In this document: piece by piece, positions 10,069 to 20,152 of the stretch | How the letters are laid out: the number at the start of each line of letters is the position of its first letter | Numbering within the stretch: the first letter of the stretch is position 1 | Origin: an uncultured Acidobacteriota bacterium | GTDB taxonomy: Bacteria; Acidobacteriota; Thermoanaerobaculia; UBA5066 | DNA: 64,000 nucleotides | Reading direction: 5' to 3' | NCBI GenBank assembly: GCA_963779415.1 | Contig: CAVZYA010000001.1 | Coordinates: 1,248,001 to 1,312,000 of the forward strand | Notes under the pieces: model-generated | Told to the model about the DNA's origin: nothing | The model's database searches: none | What the model saw: only the letters and a program-made list of their open reading frames with translations | Made by a program: the position numbers and the translations under genes

Positions 10069-11131
10069 GGCCGGTCGGGACGTCGAGACGCTTTTGGGTC
10101 GCTGCCGAGAAAACGTGGATCTTCTCGGGCGGCACGCGGAAGAAGACCGTCTCGGGCCAGTCGCGGGGAGCGGTCAGGGCCCGGAGCGTCTCCTCGCCGG
10201 CGCGAAGCGTCAGGAGAATGCGGTCGCCCGAAAGCTCGCTCATCGTGACTCTCGCCGACAGGCGTCCTGCCGACCGCTCGGCCGCCACGTCGACGTCCTC
10301 GGGACGGATGCCGACGTAGAGCGCGTCCTCGGCCGGCCCTTCCGGAAGAGGGAGGCTCAGGCCGCGGCCGGCAAAGGCTCCGTTCTCGCGCCCCCCCCGG
10401 AGGACCGACATGCGCGGGCTTCCGATGAACGTCGCGGTGAAGAGGTTCCCGGGACGAAGGTAGAGCTCGAGCGGCGAGCCCGTCTGCAGAGCCCGCCCGC
10501 CTCTGAGGACGAGGATCTCGTCCGAAAGGGAGAGGGCCTCTCCCTGGTCGTGCGTCACATAGAGGACGGTGGCGTTGAGCCGCCCGAAGAGCTCCTTGAG
10601 CTCGCCCCGCATCCCTTCGCGCAGGAGAGCGTCGAGGTTCGAGAGTGGCTCGTCCATGAGGTAGAGGCGCGGCCGCTTCACAAGCGCCCGGCCGAGAGCG
10701 ACGCGCTGCTGCTCTCCGCCGGAGAGCTGGCGGGGCCGCCGGTCGAGGAGCTCCGTGAGGCCGAGCAATCTCGCCGCTTCGCCGACGCGTGCTTCGATCT
10801 CCTTGCGGGAGAGCCCCCTCGCCTCCAGGGCCAGCGAGAGATTCCGCGCGACTGGAAGGTGCGGGTAGAGCGCGTAGTTCTGGAAAACGAAGCCGACGTC
10901 CCGCCGACCCGGAGGCACGCCGTCGAGGGGCTCTCCGTCCAGCGTGAGGGAACCCGACGTGGCCTGCTCGAGCCCTGCCACGATCCGGAGTAGCGTCGAC
11001 TTCCCGCATCCTGACGGGCCGAGGAGCGTCAGAACCCGCCCCGCGCCCACGGAGAACGACACGCCGTCCAGGGCCCGAGTCCCACCCGGATAGACTTTCG
11101 AGATCCCCTCGCCGCGCAGCTCACCGGACAT
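10055..11131 (-). CDS. Sugar ABC transporter ATP-binding protein (MalK/SugC-like)
   Basis: GPSGCGKST, VFQNYALYPHL, LSGGEQQRVALGRA, MDEPLSNLD and YVTHDQ. Confidence 0.93.
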   Translation of the reverse strand: MSGELRGEGISKVYPGGTRALDGVSFSVGAGRVLTLLGPSGCGKSTLLRIVAGLEQATSGSLTLDGEPLDGVPPGRRDVGFVFQNYALYPHLPVARNLSLALEARGLSRKEIEARVGEAARLLGLTELLDRRPRQLSGGEQQRVALGRALVKRPRLYLMDEPLSNLDALLREGMRGELKELFGRLNATVLYVTHDQGEALSLSDEILVLRGGRALQTGSPLELYLRPGNLFTATFIGSPRMSVLRGGRENGAFAGRGLSLPLPEGPAEDALYVGIRPEDVDVAAERSAGRLSARVTMSELSGDRILLTLRAGEETLRALTAPRDWPETVFFRVPPEKIHVFSAATQKRLDVPTGLRQA

Positions 11132-11134
11132 CCT

Positions 11135-11962
11135 TCACCCCTTGACCGCACCGCGGGTCAGGCCGCTCGTGATTCTCCGCTCGAAGAGGAACACCAGAAT
11201 GGCGAGCGGCAGCGTGGCGATGACGATGGCTGCCGACAGCTGGCCCCACGGGATCTCGAACATGGACGAACCGCTGACGCTGGCGATCCCCGCGGTGACC
11301 GTTTTCCGGTCATCCCGCGTCATGAACGTCAGCGCCAGCATGAACTCGTTCCAGGAGAAGATGAAGACGAGAATCGCCGCCGTCACGAGTGACGGCGCGG
11401 CCAGGGGCAACTGGATCTTCAGGATGCGGCTCAACGGTCCGAGACCGTCAAGCACCGCCGCCTCGTCGACCGCGTCGGGGATCTGGCCGAAGCCCCTCTC
11501 CAGGATCCAGACCGACAGGGGAAGCGAAAGGGCGGCGTAGGGAAGGATCAGCGCCAGCGGCTGATTGAGTCCCCCCAGCGCTCGCACGCCGAGGTAGAGG
11601 GGGAAAAGAAGAAGGATCGGCGGGAAGACCGTCAGGACGAGAAGACCGCCCAGAATCTTCCGGCGGTGGCGCCCGGACAGGCGTCTGAGCCCGCTCGCTG
11701 CGGGCGCTGCGAGGAGGATCGAGAGGACGGTCGCCGCGCCCGAAATCGCCGCGCTGTTCGCGAGATATACGCCGAACGGCTTCCTCTCCCAGAGCGCGGC
11801 CACGTGCTTCCACGTCACCGGGCGGGGAAGATAGACCGTCGGCACCCGCGTGATCTCCCGATCCGGCTTCAACGCGGTGGCGACCTGCCAGGCCCCGGGC
11901 GCGAGGCTCCAGACCACGATGGCCGCGACCCCGGCCCAGAGCCCGACGCGCCTTCCCGTCAT
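11135..11962 (-). CDS. Carbohydrate ABC transporter permease
   Basis: Starts MTGRRVGLW, overlapping the upstream stop. EAA loop DEAAVLDG and FIFSWNEF. Confidence 0.9.
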   Translation of the reverse strand: MTGRRVGLWAGVAAIVVWSLAPGAWQVATALKPDREITRVPTVYLPRPVTWKHVAALWERKPFGVYLANSAAISGAATVLSILLAAPAASGLRRLSGRHRRKILGGLLVLTVFPPILLLFPLYLGVRALGGLNQPLALILPYAALSLPLSVWILERGFGQIPDAVDEAAVLDGLGPLSRILKIQLPLAAPSLVTAAILVFIFSWNEFMLALTFMTRDDRKTVTAGIASVSGSSMFEIPWGQLSAAIVIATLPLAILVFLFERRITSGLTRGAVKG

Positions 11963-12837
11963 GAGGCGACTCCACGCCGGCGCCCGAGCATCGTGACGAA
12001 AGCGACCGCCGCCGCGAGGAGCGTCGCGTGGGTCGCGATTGCCGCGCCATAGCCGAAATCGAGATACCGGAAGAAGTTCCGGAAGGCATAGAGCGAGACC
12101 GTCTCGGTCGAGCCACCCGGACCGCCGCCCGTCATGACGTAGACGATGTCGAAGGCTCCCCATGCCTGCGCGGCCCGGAAGAGCGCCGCGACCAGAATCG
12201 ACGGGGCGAGCAGGGGCAGGACGACGTGACGGAAGCGCTGCCAGGCCGAGAGACCGTCCACCCGCGCCGCCTCGATGATCTCCTCGGGGATTCCCTGAAG
12301 GCCCGCGAGAACGATGAGGGCGACGAACGGGACCGTCTTCCAGACATCCGAGAGGACGATCGCCGCCATCGCGGTCGCGGGCCCGCTCAGCCACGCGACC
12401 GGCGCCTTCGCGAGGCCGGTGCGAAGAAGGAGGTCGTTCGCCACGCCGAAGGTGTCGTTGAAGATCCACGAGAACGCGAGGGCCATGACGGCGGTCGGGA
12501 GGGCCCACGGCAGAAGGACGGCGGACCGGACCAGGCCCCGGCCCCGAAACGGCCGGTCGAGGACGAGCGCAAATCCGACGCCGAGCAGCGTCTCGAGGAA
12601 GACCGACGAAACGGTGAAGACCACAGTGTTCCCGAGCGCGCCGAGGAAGCGGCTGTCCTGCCAGAGGCGGACCGAGGGCGAGAGTCCCGCCCATTGCAGC
12701 GTCACGCCTCCTGTCGGTCCAGCGCGGGTGAAGGAGAGGAGAACGACGCCGAGGATCGGCATCCCGACGACAACGGCCACGAGAAGGAGCGCGGGGAGGA
12801 GGAGAAGGCGGTCTCGCCGCCGGACGGGTTCCGTCAT
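11959..12837 (-). CDS. Sugar ABC transporter permease
   Basis: Starts MTEPVRRR. LLPWALPT, WKTVPFVALIVLAGLQGIP, EAARVDG and MTGGGPG. Confidence 0.92.
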   Translation of the reverse strand: MTEPVRRRDRLLLLPALLLVAVVVGMPILGVVLLSFTRAGPTGGVTLQWAGLSPSVRLWQDSRFLGALGNTVVFTVSSVFLETLLGVGFALVLDRPFRGRGLVRSAVLLPWALPTAVMALAFSWIFNDTFGVANDLLLRTGLAKAPVAWLSGPATAMAAIVLSDVWKTVPFVALIVLAGLQGIPEEIIEAARVDGLSAWQRFRHVVLPLLAPSILVAALFRAAQAWGAFDIVYVMTGGGPGGSTETVSLYAFRNFFRYLDFGYGAAIATHATLLAAAVAFVTMLGRRRGVAS

Positions 12838-14117
12838 CGACGTGCCGAGAGCATAAGACGCGTTTCGCGGGCCGCGTCGGCGAGGGCGCGGTCTGCGGGC
12901 ACGAGCCCCGCGAGGCACGCGCTGACGTGGCGCTGCAGGATGTCGGACGCGAGCGCGTAGCCTGGAATCGAAGGACGCGAAACGGCGTCCTCATGGAGCC
13001 GGAGGAGCTCCGGCAGAAGCGGATCGGCAGCGAGGAGCTGCGCATCGCGGTAGGCCTCGACGCGGGCCGGCGCATAGCCCGACGAGAGGCAGAGGGCGCG
13101 CTGCGCCGGAAGCGCGATGACCCGGCGGATGAAATCCGCCGCCAGGTCCGGGTGCCGGCTGAACCGCGAGATACCGAATCCCCAGCCGCCGAGGACCCCC
13201 CCGCCCGCGAACCCGTCCGCGTGGGGGATCGCCGCTACGCCGACCTTTCCCGCGACGCTGGAGTCCGGGCCTTCGGCGAGGCGAAACACATAGGGCCAGT
13301 TCCTGAGAAAGACCGCGCGTCCGTCCTGGAAGAGGCGGCGGCTCTCGTCCTCCTTGAGGCTCGTAACACCGGGAGGGCTGATCGGATCGTCGAGCCGGCA
13401 GCCCCGCAGGAACTCCAGCGCCGCCACCGCCTCGGGACGGTCGAGGCCGACCTCGAGCGTCTCCGGATCGACCCAGGTGCCTCCGAAGCCGTGCAGGACC
13501 TCGAGAAAGACGCAGACGAGCCCTTCGTACTGGCTCCCCTGCCAGACGAATCCCCATCGACCGGGCGGAGCCTCGAGAGCCCGCGCGACTTCGCGGAGGT
13601 CGTCGAAGGTCTTCGGCGGCGCCCGCCCCGCCTTTTCGAGCAGATCGCGCCGATAGTAGAGAAGCCCGACGTCGGTCCTCACCGGGATCCGGTAGAGGCG
13701 GTCCCGGTAGCGTCCGGCCTCGACAGCCCGCGGAAGGAGCGCGTCCAGCTCCGACGCCCCGAAGAGACCGTCGAGCGGGAGAAGCCACCCGGCCGAAGCG
13801 AACTTCGACGTCCACGTGACGTCCATGTAGACGAGATCCAGAGAGTCGTCTTCCGCGAGGAGCGCCCCGGTGTAGAGGCTCTCCCGCAAGTCAGTGGCGT
13901 TGGGTCCCTCGACCAGGTCGACGCGAACCCCGCGCGACGCCTGGAATCCTTTCACGATCGGGAGCCAGAGGTCGCGCTCGCTCGCGAGGACGATGAACGC
14001 GAGGTGGGACGGGGTCGGGGCGCTTCGGCCGCCGGCGCCACCGCACCCGAGCTCCACGGCGCCGACGAGAGGCACACACACGAGGAAGAGCCGGGCCAGA
14101 CCCGCCGAGAGGATCAC
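12834..14117 (-). CDS. ABC sugar-binding lipoprotein (trehalose/maltose-like)
   Basis: Lipobox-like LGC. DLVYMDVTW, GLLYYRRDLL, QYEGLVC and AVFLRNWPY. Confidence 0.88.
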   Translation of the reverse strand: MILSAGLARLFLVCVPLVGAVELGCGGAGGRSAPTPSHLAFIVLASERDLWLPIVKGFQASRGVRVDLVEGPNATDLRESLYTGALLAEDDSLDLVYMDVTWTSKFASAGWLLPLDGLFGASELDALLPRAVEAGRYRDRLYRIPVRTDVGLLYYRRDLLEKAGRAPPKTFDDLREVARALEAPPGRWGFVWQGSQYEGLVCVFLEVLHGFGGTWVDPETLEVGLDRPEAVAALEFLRGCRLDDPISPPGVTSLKEDESRRLFQDGRAVFLRNWPYVFRLAEGPDSSVAGKVGVAAIPHADGFAGGGVLGGWGFGISRFSRHPDLAADFIRRVIALPAQRALCLSSGYAPARVEAYRDAQLLAADPLLPELLRLHEDAVSRPSIPGYALASDILQRHVSACLAGLVPADRALADAARETRLMLSARR

Positions 14118-14181
14118 TTCCTCTACCTTACAGTCCGGCGTCCCGACGTGTCACGATGATCCGCCGTGCGAGAATCCGCGC

Positions 14182-16251
14182 GTGCTTCCAGGACTGAAAC
14201 CGGAACTGGAGGAGGCGCTCGGCGCGGCCTGCCGGAAGCTCTTCGACACCGACCGGCCGCGCATCGTCCTCGAGACCCCGCCGAAGGTGGAGCTCGGGGA
14301 CGTCGCCTGTCCCATCGCTTTCGAGCTGGCCAAGCGGCTGAAGCGCGCGCCGCGAAAGATCGCGGAAGAGCTGGCTCCCGCGCTGGAGCTTCCGGCCATA
14401 GTCGAAAAGGTCAAGGTCGAAGGCGGGGGCTACCTCAACTTCTTCCTGAAACGGGCCCAGACGCTCTCCCGGATGCTGGCCTCCGCGCCCCACCCCGAAC
14501 CGTCGGGCCCGAAGATCATCGTCGAACATACGAACATCAACCCGAACAAGGCGGCGCACATCGGGCATCTCCGGAACGCCGTTCTCGGCGACACGCTTGT
14601 CCGGAACTTCCGGCGTCTCGGGCGGCGGGTCGAGGTGCAGAACTACCTCGACGACACGGGCGTCCAGGTGGCGGACGTCGTCGTCGGGCTGACACACCCC
14701 GGGGAGATGCTCGAGCCCTCCCGCGCGAAGGAGCTGGCCGCCCGGATCGGCGAGATCCTCGCCGCCTTCCCGGACGACGCTCCCGGCATCGCGCCGCGGG
14801 AGCTGGGGGACCTCGCGTGGGATCTCTACGCGCTCGTGGGAAGGAGTTATGCGGCCGATCCTTCGCTGGACGAAAAGCGGCGGGAGACGCTGCACGCCGT
14901 CGAGAGGGCCGCTCTCGGCGAGCCTCTTTCCGACGAGGAAGGGCGGGTCGCCAGCCTCGCCGCGCGCCTCGCCGAGGCCGTCGTCCGGTGTCATCTGCTG
15001 ACCATGGGGCGGATCGGGGTCGCGTACGACCTTCTCCCGCGCGAGAGCGACATCCTCGGCCGCCGGTTCTGGGCGACGGCGTTCGAGCTTCTGAAGAAGG
15101 TCGGCGCGGCCCAGGTGGAGACCGAAGGGAAGAACGCGGGCTGCTGGGTGATGCACCTCGAAGGGGCGGCGGATTTCGAGGGGATGGAGGACGCCGACAA
15201 GGTTCTCGTCCGTTCGAACGGCACCGTGACCTACACGGGAAAGGACGTCGCCTACCAGCTCTGGAAGCTCGGCCTTCTTCCGGTGGACTTCGAGTACGAG
15301 CCGGTGCCGTACCGCGATCCGTTCGGCGAGCCCGAGTTCCACGCCTCCGACGGCTCCTCGACGCTCTACCGGACCCGTCACGACGCCGAGGGGGCGGACC
15401 CTTCCGCGCAAGGCCGGTACGGTCACGGCGAGACGGTCATCAACGTCATCGACGTGAGGCAGTCGTACCTCCAGAAGGTCGTGAAGGAGGCCGTCCGGCG
15501 CGCCGGATTCCCCGAGGCGGCCGACCGCTCGATCCACTTCGCCTACGAGATGGTCGCGCTGACCCCGGGCTCGGCCGAGGCGATGGGGGTCCCGCTCTCG
15601 GACGAGGACCGCGTCCGCTCCTTCGTCGAGATGTCGGGCCGGAAGGGGCTCGGCGTGAAGGCCGACGACCTCCTCGACCGGCTCGCGGAAAAGGCGCGCG
15701 ACCAGATCCTCGCCCGGAGCCCCGGTGAGGCCCCGGACCTCGGCCGGATCGAGGCGATCGGCGTCGGAGCCCTGCGCGTCTACATGACCCGCTTCTCCCG
15801 GAACAAGGTCATCGCCTTCGACTTCGACGAGGCGCTTGCGTTCGAGGGAGACACCGGGCCGTACCTCCAATACGCCGCCGTCCGCGCCGCGAACATCTTC
15901 CGGAAGCTGGAAGAGCAGGGGCTCCCCGGAAGGCTCGAAGGCGGCGAGATCGCGGCCGTCTCCGCGCTCGCCCCCGGGCACCTCGACGACGGCCTCTGGG
16001 ACGTCGTCCGGACCTGCGGACGGACGCTGGAGACTCTCGAGAAGGTCGCCGAGACGCTGGAGGTCTCCCTTCTCGTCCGGCACGCCCTCGCGGTCGCGGC
16101 GTCCTTCCATCACCTCTATCACACGCACCCGATCCTCCAGGCGCCCGACGCCGAGAGCCGGCGGGCGCGGCGGGCCGCCCTACAGCTCGTCGGGGAGACG
16201 CTCGCCGACGTCCTGGACGTGCTCGGAGTCCCGATCCCGGAGCGGATGTAG
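14182..16251 (+). CDS. argS: Arginine--tRNA ligase (archaeal/Thermus-like type)
   Basis: EHTNINPNKAAHIGHLRN (HIGH), EMSGRKG, FEGDTGPYLQY and C-terminal PERM. GTG start inferred. Confidence 0.95.
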   Translation: MLPGLKPELEEALGAACRKLFDTDRPRIVLETPPKVELGDVACPIAFELAKRLKRAPRKIAEELAPALELPAIVEKVKVEGGGYLNFFLKRAQTLSRMLASAPHPEPSGPKIIVEHTNINPNKAAHIGHLRNAVLGDTLVRNFRRLGRRVEVQNYLDDTGVQVADVVVGLTHPGEMLEPSRAKELAARIGEILAAFPDDAPGIAPRELGDLAWDLYALVGRSYAADPSLDEKRRETLHAVERAALGEPLSDEEGRVASLAARLAEAVVRCHLLTMGRIGVAYDLLPRESDILGRRFWATAFELLKKVGAAQVETEGKNAGCWVMHLEGAADFEGMEDADKVLVRSNGTVTYTGKDVAYQLWKLGLLPVDFEYEPVPYRDPFGEPEFHASDGSSTLYRTRHDAEGADPSAQGRYGHGETVINVIDVRQSYLQKVVKEAVRRAGFPEAADRSIHFAYEMVALTPGSAEAMGVPLSDEDRVRSFVEMSGRKGLGVKADDLLDRLAEKARDQILARSPGEAPDLGRIEAIGVGALRVYMTRFSRNKVIAFDFDEALAFEGDTGPYLQYAAVRAANIFRKLEEQGLPGRLEGGEIAAVSALAPGHLDDGLWDVVRTCGRTLETLEKVAETLEVSLLVRHALAVAASFHHLYHTHPILQAPDAESRRARRAALQLVGETLADVLDVLGVPIPERM

Positions 16252-16263
16252 GGACTGCCGTCG

Positions 16264-16776
16264 ATGGTCCCCGTCTCCACGGTCACCTATCGCAGCGCCG
16301 GCCCGGAGGGCGTTCCCGAGGCCTTCCGGCTCGTCGAGAAGGTCTTCCACGAGGAGTACGACGTCTCCGTCGGCCCGCTCCTCGCGCAGGACACCGAGAC
16401 GGCGCGCTGGCAGTTCGAGGAATCCCGGGATCTCCTCCTCCTCGCCGAGAGCGGCGGGAGGAGCGTCGGCTCGATTCTCGTCCTCCATGACGCCCCCGCG
16501 CCAGCTCCGACGGTCGTCTTCAGCTGGATCGTCGTCGATGGGGCGTTCCGCGGACAGGGAATCGGCCGGGACCTCTTCGGGCGTGCGCTCGCGACCTCCC
16601 GGGAGAGAGGCATCGTCCGGATCCGGGCCCGCTCCCCCGTCTTCAGTCCGGCCGCGCCACATCTCTACTGGATGCACGGCCTTCGTGTCGTGGAGCTGGT
16701 GCCTGTCGTTCTCGGCGGACGGACGCGGGAGACGCTCCTCTTCGAAAAGCTCCTCACCTCGCCCACGGAGGGCTGA
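16264..16776 (+). CDS. GNAT family N-acetyltransferase
   Basis: VVDGAFRGQGIGRDL acetyl-CoA-binding motif. Confidence 0.8.
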   Translation: MVPVSTVTYRSAGPEGVPEAFRLVEKVFHEEYDVSVGPLLAQDTETARWQFEESRDLLLLAESGGRSVGSILVLHDAPAPAPTVVFSWIVVDGAFRGQGIGRDLFGRALATSRERGIVRIRARSPVFSPAAPHLYWMHGLRVVELVPVVLGGRTRETLLFEKLLTSPTEG

Positions 16777-16784
16777 AGAGCGAG

Positions 16785-16850
16785 AAGCCCCGGACTTGCC
16801 GGGGCTTTCATCCGGGGATTCCAATGCCGGGGGGCCTTCTGGCCCCCCGG
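16785..16850. terminator. Two GC-rich hairpins between the convergent GNAT and atpE genes (probable bidirectional terminator)
   Basis: AAGCCCCGG-acttg-CCGGGGCTT at 16785-16807 and CCGGGGGGCC-ttct-GGCCCCCCGG at 16827-16850. Confidence 0.65.
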
Positions 16851-16859
16851 ACCCCCCCG

Positions 16860-17183
16860 TCACTTCCCTTGGACGACGAACGCGATGACGAGCGCGTAGA
16901 TGACGAGCGACTCGATCAGCACGAGCGCGAGGAAGGCCATTCCGCGGATCTGGCCCGTCGCGCCGGGATTCCGGGCAATTCCGTCGCAGGCGGCGGCAGC
17001 GGCCCGACCCTGGGCGAGGGCACCGAACGCGGCCGCGAGGCCGATCGCGAAGGCGGCCGAAACGTGGCCCCAGCTGACGCCGCCGGCAGCCGCCGCCTTG
17101 GCGGCCTCCTCGGCGAGCGCCGCGCCGGGAACGAGGAGAACGATGGCCGCGAGCGCTGCCAGGGTTCCGAGCTTCTTGGTCAT
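16860..17183 (-). CDS. atpE: ATP synthase Fo subunit c
   Basis: GALAQG...IARNPG...LIESLVIY, with an N-terminal extension. Confidence 0.95.
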   Translation of the reverse strand: MTKKLGTLAALAAIVLLVPGAALAEEAAKAAAAGGVSWGHVSAAFAIGLAAAFGALAQGRAAAAACDGIARNPGATGQIRGMAFLALVLIESLVIYALVIAFVVQGK

Positions 17184-17214
17184 TTCACAGGCTCCTTTCG
17201 ACGAGAACGTGATG

Positions 17215-18009
17215 TCAATGAGACTCGTGGGCGGTGGCGCCCCCGATGTAGACCGAGCAGAGAAGGGCGAAGACGTAGGCCTGGAGGAGAGCGGCGAGAA
17301 GGCCGAGCGCCTGGATCGGCCAGGGAACGAGGATCGGGACGAAGCCCGAGAAGATGTCCTTGGCCATGTGCTCGCCGAAGATGTTCCCGAAGAGACGCAT
17401 CGCCAGCGAGAGGGCGCGGGCGAAGTTCCCGATCATCTCGATCACGAAGAGGAGCGGTGCGATCGCGAGCATCGGTCCGAGGAAGTTCTTCAGGTAGCCG
17501 AGGAAGCCGTGCTCCTTGAAGCCGGCCGCGTTGAAGAAGATGAAGCAGGAGATCGAGAGCGCGAAGGTCGTGTTGAGGTTCGCCGTCGGCGGCTGGAGGA
17601 AGAAGAACCAGCCGAAAGCGTTCGCGATGAGGATGAAGAAGAAGAAGCCCCCGACGATCGGAAGGTACTTCTCGCCGTGATGCGGGATGTTCTCCTTCAC
17701 GACCCCCCGGAGGAAGTCGACGAAGACCTCGACGACGTTCTGGGCCGGCCCCGGCGCCTCTTTCCGGTAGGCACGGGCGAGAAGCGGGAAGAAGATCGCG
17801 CAGAGGACGAAGACGAGGAAGGCCATGCAGACGTGGTCGGGAAGCCATGCGACGACGTTCCCTTCCTCGTGGACGGCACCCCCCGCGATGTGAAAGCCGC
17901 CGATCGTCACCCCGTCTCGCCAGAAGGCCGGAGCGCCCGAGGCCGGTCCGAAGAGAATCTCGAAAAGCCGGTTCAGGGGCGCGTAGAGGATCGAATGTGC
18001 GTGCTCCAT
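17215..18009 (-). CDS. atpB: ATP synthase Fo subunit a
   Basis: PPTANLNTT and ARALSLAMRLFGNIFGEH...LQAYVF. Confidence 0.95.
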   Translation of the reverse strand: MEHAHSILYAPLNRLFEILFGPASGAPAFWRDGVTIGGFHIAGGAVHEEGNVVAWLPDHVCMAFLVFVLCAIFFPLLARAYRKEAPGPAQNVVEVFVDFLRGVVKENIPHHGEKYLPIVGGFFFFILIANAFGWFFFLQPPTANLNTTFALSISCFIFFNAAGFKEHGFLGYLKNFLGPMLAIAPLLFVIEMIGNFARALSLAMRLFGNIFGEHMAKDIFSGFVPILVPWPIQALGLLAALLQAYVFALLCSVYIGGATAHESH

Positions 18010-18428
18010 CAGTCCTTCCGTCCCTCCTCGTCAGCTCCCGGCTTCGGGTCCCGCTCCGTCGCCACCTGCCACGCGGCCCCGATCAGGACGACCGACGTGC
18101 CGGCGAGAAGCCACGGGACCTCTCCCGGAAAAGTCTCCACCGCCCACCAGATGGCGATTGCGGCCAGGCCGTAGCGGAGGAGTCCCGTCGTCGCGAATTT
18201 CCACGTGATCCCGGAGGCGGGCGAGACACCGCGCGCCCCGAAGCGGCGCACGAGATCCGCCAACCAGAGCGCGCCGACGATAGCCACAGCAGCCCCCAGA
18301 GTCAAGGCGGCGGCGGCCCGAAAACGTCCCGCGGCGCCGAGAAGGGAGGCAGCCAGAATCGCGGCGAGGGCGGCCGCCCTGAAGAAGGCCGTTCGGGGCG
18401 CCGGAGAGATTCCGGAAACGTCGCTCAT
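18009..18428 (-). CDS. atpI: ATP synthase subunit I-like membrane protein
   Basis: Four hydrophobic segments (MSDVSGISP...LLRYGL...), located between atpZ and atpB with overlapping stop/start codons. Confidence 0.7.
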   Translation of the reverse strand: MSDVSGISPAPRTAFFRAAALAAILAASLLGAAGRFRAAAALTLGAAVAIVGALWLADLVRRFGARGVSPASGITWKFATTGLLRYGLAAIAIWWAVETFPGEVPWLLAGTSVVLIGAAWQVATERDPKPGADEEGRKD

Positions 18429-18679
18429 CCCCCATCGTCTCCGCCCGGGGGCCCCGGAGGTCCCCCGTCGCCCCGGGAGACGATCTGGACCTCCCGCCAG
18501 AGCTGCCAGACCCCGGCGAAAAAGCCGAGGAAGCCGACGACGAACGTCAGGATCGGGAAGAAGCCGAAGAGCCGGTCGAGGAGCCAGCCGAGGCCCGCCC
18601 CGGCCGCGATCGAGGCGGGGAGGACCCAGCCGAAGCTCAGGACGTCGGCGAGGACGCGGGCGTACGAGCGGTCCGCCAA
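18425..18679 (-). CDS. AtpZ/AtpI family protein
   Basis: GAGLGWLLDRLFG...GFLGFFAG motif. Confidence 0.85.
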   Translation of the reverse strand: MADRSYARVLADVLSFGWVLPASIAAGAGLGWLLDRLFGFFPILTFVVGFLGFFAGVWQLWREVQIVSRGDGGPPGPPGGDDGG

Positions 18680-18691
18680 GGTGGAAAGACG

Positions 18692-20149
18692 TTACTTCAG
18701 AAGGCAGCTCTGCGCGAACCGGACGAACGGCTGGGGAAGGACACCCATCGCGAGCGTTCCGGCCACGCAGACGGCGATCGCCGCGCTCACCGCCGGCTCC
18801 TCGCGCCAGCGCAGTTCCCCGTCCCCTTCCACGAGATACATCGCCCGTGCGATCCGGAAGTAGTAGAAGAGCGAGACCGCCGACATCAGCACCGCGAGAA
18901 GCGTCAGCCAGAACCAGCCCGCCTTCATGGCCGCCGAGAAGAGGAAGTACTTCCCGACGAAGCCCGCCGTCGGCGGGATCCCGGCCAGCGAGAGAAGGAA
19001 GAGGATCATCGCCGCGGCCGCCCACGGGTTCTTCTTCGAAAGGCCGTTGAAGTCGTCCACGGTCTCCGTCGCGTATCCCTTCGACTCGAGGAGGATCACG
19101 AGGCCGAAGGCCCCGAGATTCATCAGCGTGTAGGCGAAGAGGTAGACGAGGATGGCCCAGAGCCCGAAGTCGGTCCCGTAGGCGAGGAGGCCGAGCAGGG
19201 CGTACCCGGCATGGCTGATGGAGGAGTAGCCGAGCAGGCGCTTCACGTTCGTCTGCATCAGCGCGCCGACGTTTCCGACGACCATCGTCAGCGCCGCCGA
19301 CGCGGCGATCACGGGGCTCCAGTCCCCCAGGCCCGGGCCGAAGCCGCCGAAGAAGATCCGGGCGAAGATGGCGTAGGCCGCGACCTTCGGGGCGACCGAG
19401 AAGAAGGCCGTCACCGGCGTCGGCGCCCCTTCGTAGACGTCCGGCGCCCAGACGTGGAACGGGGCCGAGGCGATCTTGAAGAGGAGGCCGCACGCGACGA
19501 GGATCACGCCGACGACGAGGAGGGTGGTCGGCGTCCCCCTCGAGAAGGCGGCCGCCACCTCGGCGAGCGCGAGAGAGCCGGCCGCCCCGTAGACGAGCGA
19601 CAGCCCGTAGAGGAGGACGCCCGAGGAGAACGCGCCGAGGACGAAGTACTTCGCCGCCGCCTCGAGCGATTTCGACTCCCGCTTGAAATAGCCGGCGAGG
19701 ACGTACTGCGCGAGGGCCATCGTCTCGAGCGCGATGTAGATCGAGACGAGATGGATGCCCGACGCCATGAAGAGCATGCCGACGGTCGAGAAGAGGATCA
19801 GCCCGTAGTACTCCCCTCCCGGATACGGCGAGGTCCCGACGAACTTCAGCGAGAAGAGGATCGTCACGGCGGACGCGAGGAGGATGAGGACCTTGAAAAA
19901 GAGGCTGAACCGATCGAGGGAGAACATCCCCGCGCAGACCGTCCGGGGGAGCGGGCCCGCCATCTCCGAGGAGACGAAGACGAGGACGAGGGTGACGGCG
20001 AGCGTCACCAGGGAGAGGCGCGCAATGAGCCCTTCCTTCTCCCGCGGCAGCACGGACGCCCAGACGAGGAGGATGAGCGACGCCTGCGTCAGGAACAGCT
20101 CCGGCAGGAGCGCCCAGAGGTCCGAAAGCGGGAAGGGGAAGCTTCCCAC
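18692..20149 (-). CDS. nuoN: NADH-quinone oxidoreductase subunit N
   Basis: EAAAKYFVLG, FKIASAPFHVWAPDVYEGAPTP, KRLLGYSSISHAGY and SLAGIPPTAGF. Confidence 0.96.
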   Translation of the reverse strand: MGSFPFPLSDLWALLPELFLTQASLILLVWASVLPREKEGLIARLSLVTLAVTLVLVFVSSEMAGPLPRTVCAGMFSLDRFSLFFKVLILLASAVTILFSLKFVGTSPYPGGEYYGLILFSTVGMLFMASGIHLVSIYIALETMALAQYVLAGYFKRESKSLEAAAKYFVLGAFSSGVLLYGLSLVYGAAGSLALAEVAAAFSRGTPTTLLVVGVILVACGLLFKIASAPFHVWAPDVYEGAPTPVTAFFSVAPKVAAYAIFARIFFGGFGPGLGDWSPVIAASAALTMVVGNVGALMQTNVKRLLGYSSISHAGYALLGLLAYGTDFGLWAILVYLFAYTLMNLGAFGLVILLESKGYATETVDDFNGLSKKNPWAAAAMILFLLSLAGIPPTAGFVGKYFLFSAAMKAGWFWLTLLAVLMSAVSLFYYFRIARAMYLVEGDGELRWREEPAVSAAIAVCVAGTLAMGVLPQPFVRFAQSCLLK

Positions 20150-20152
20150 GAT

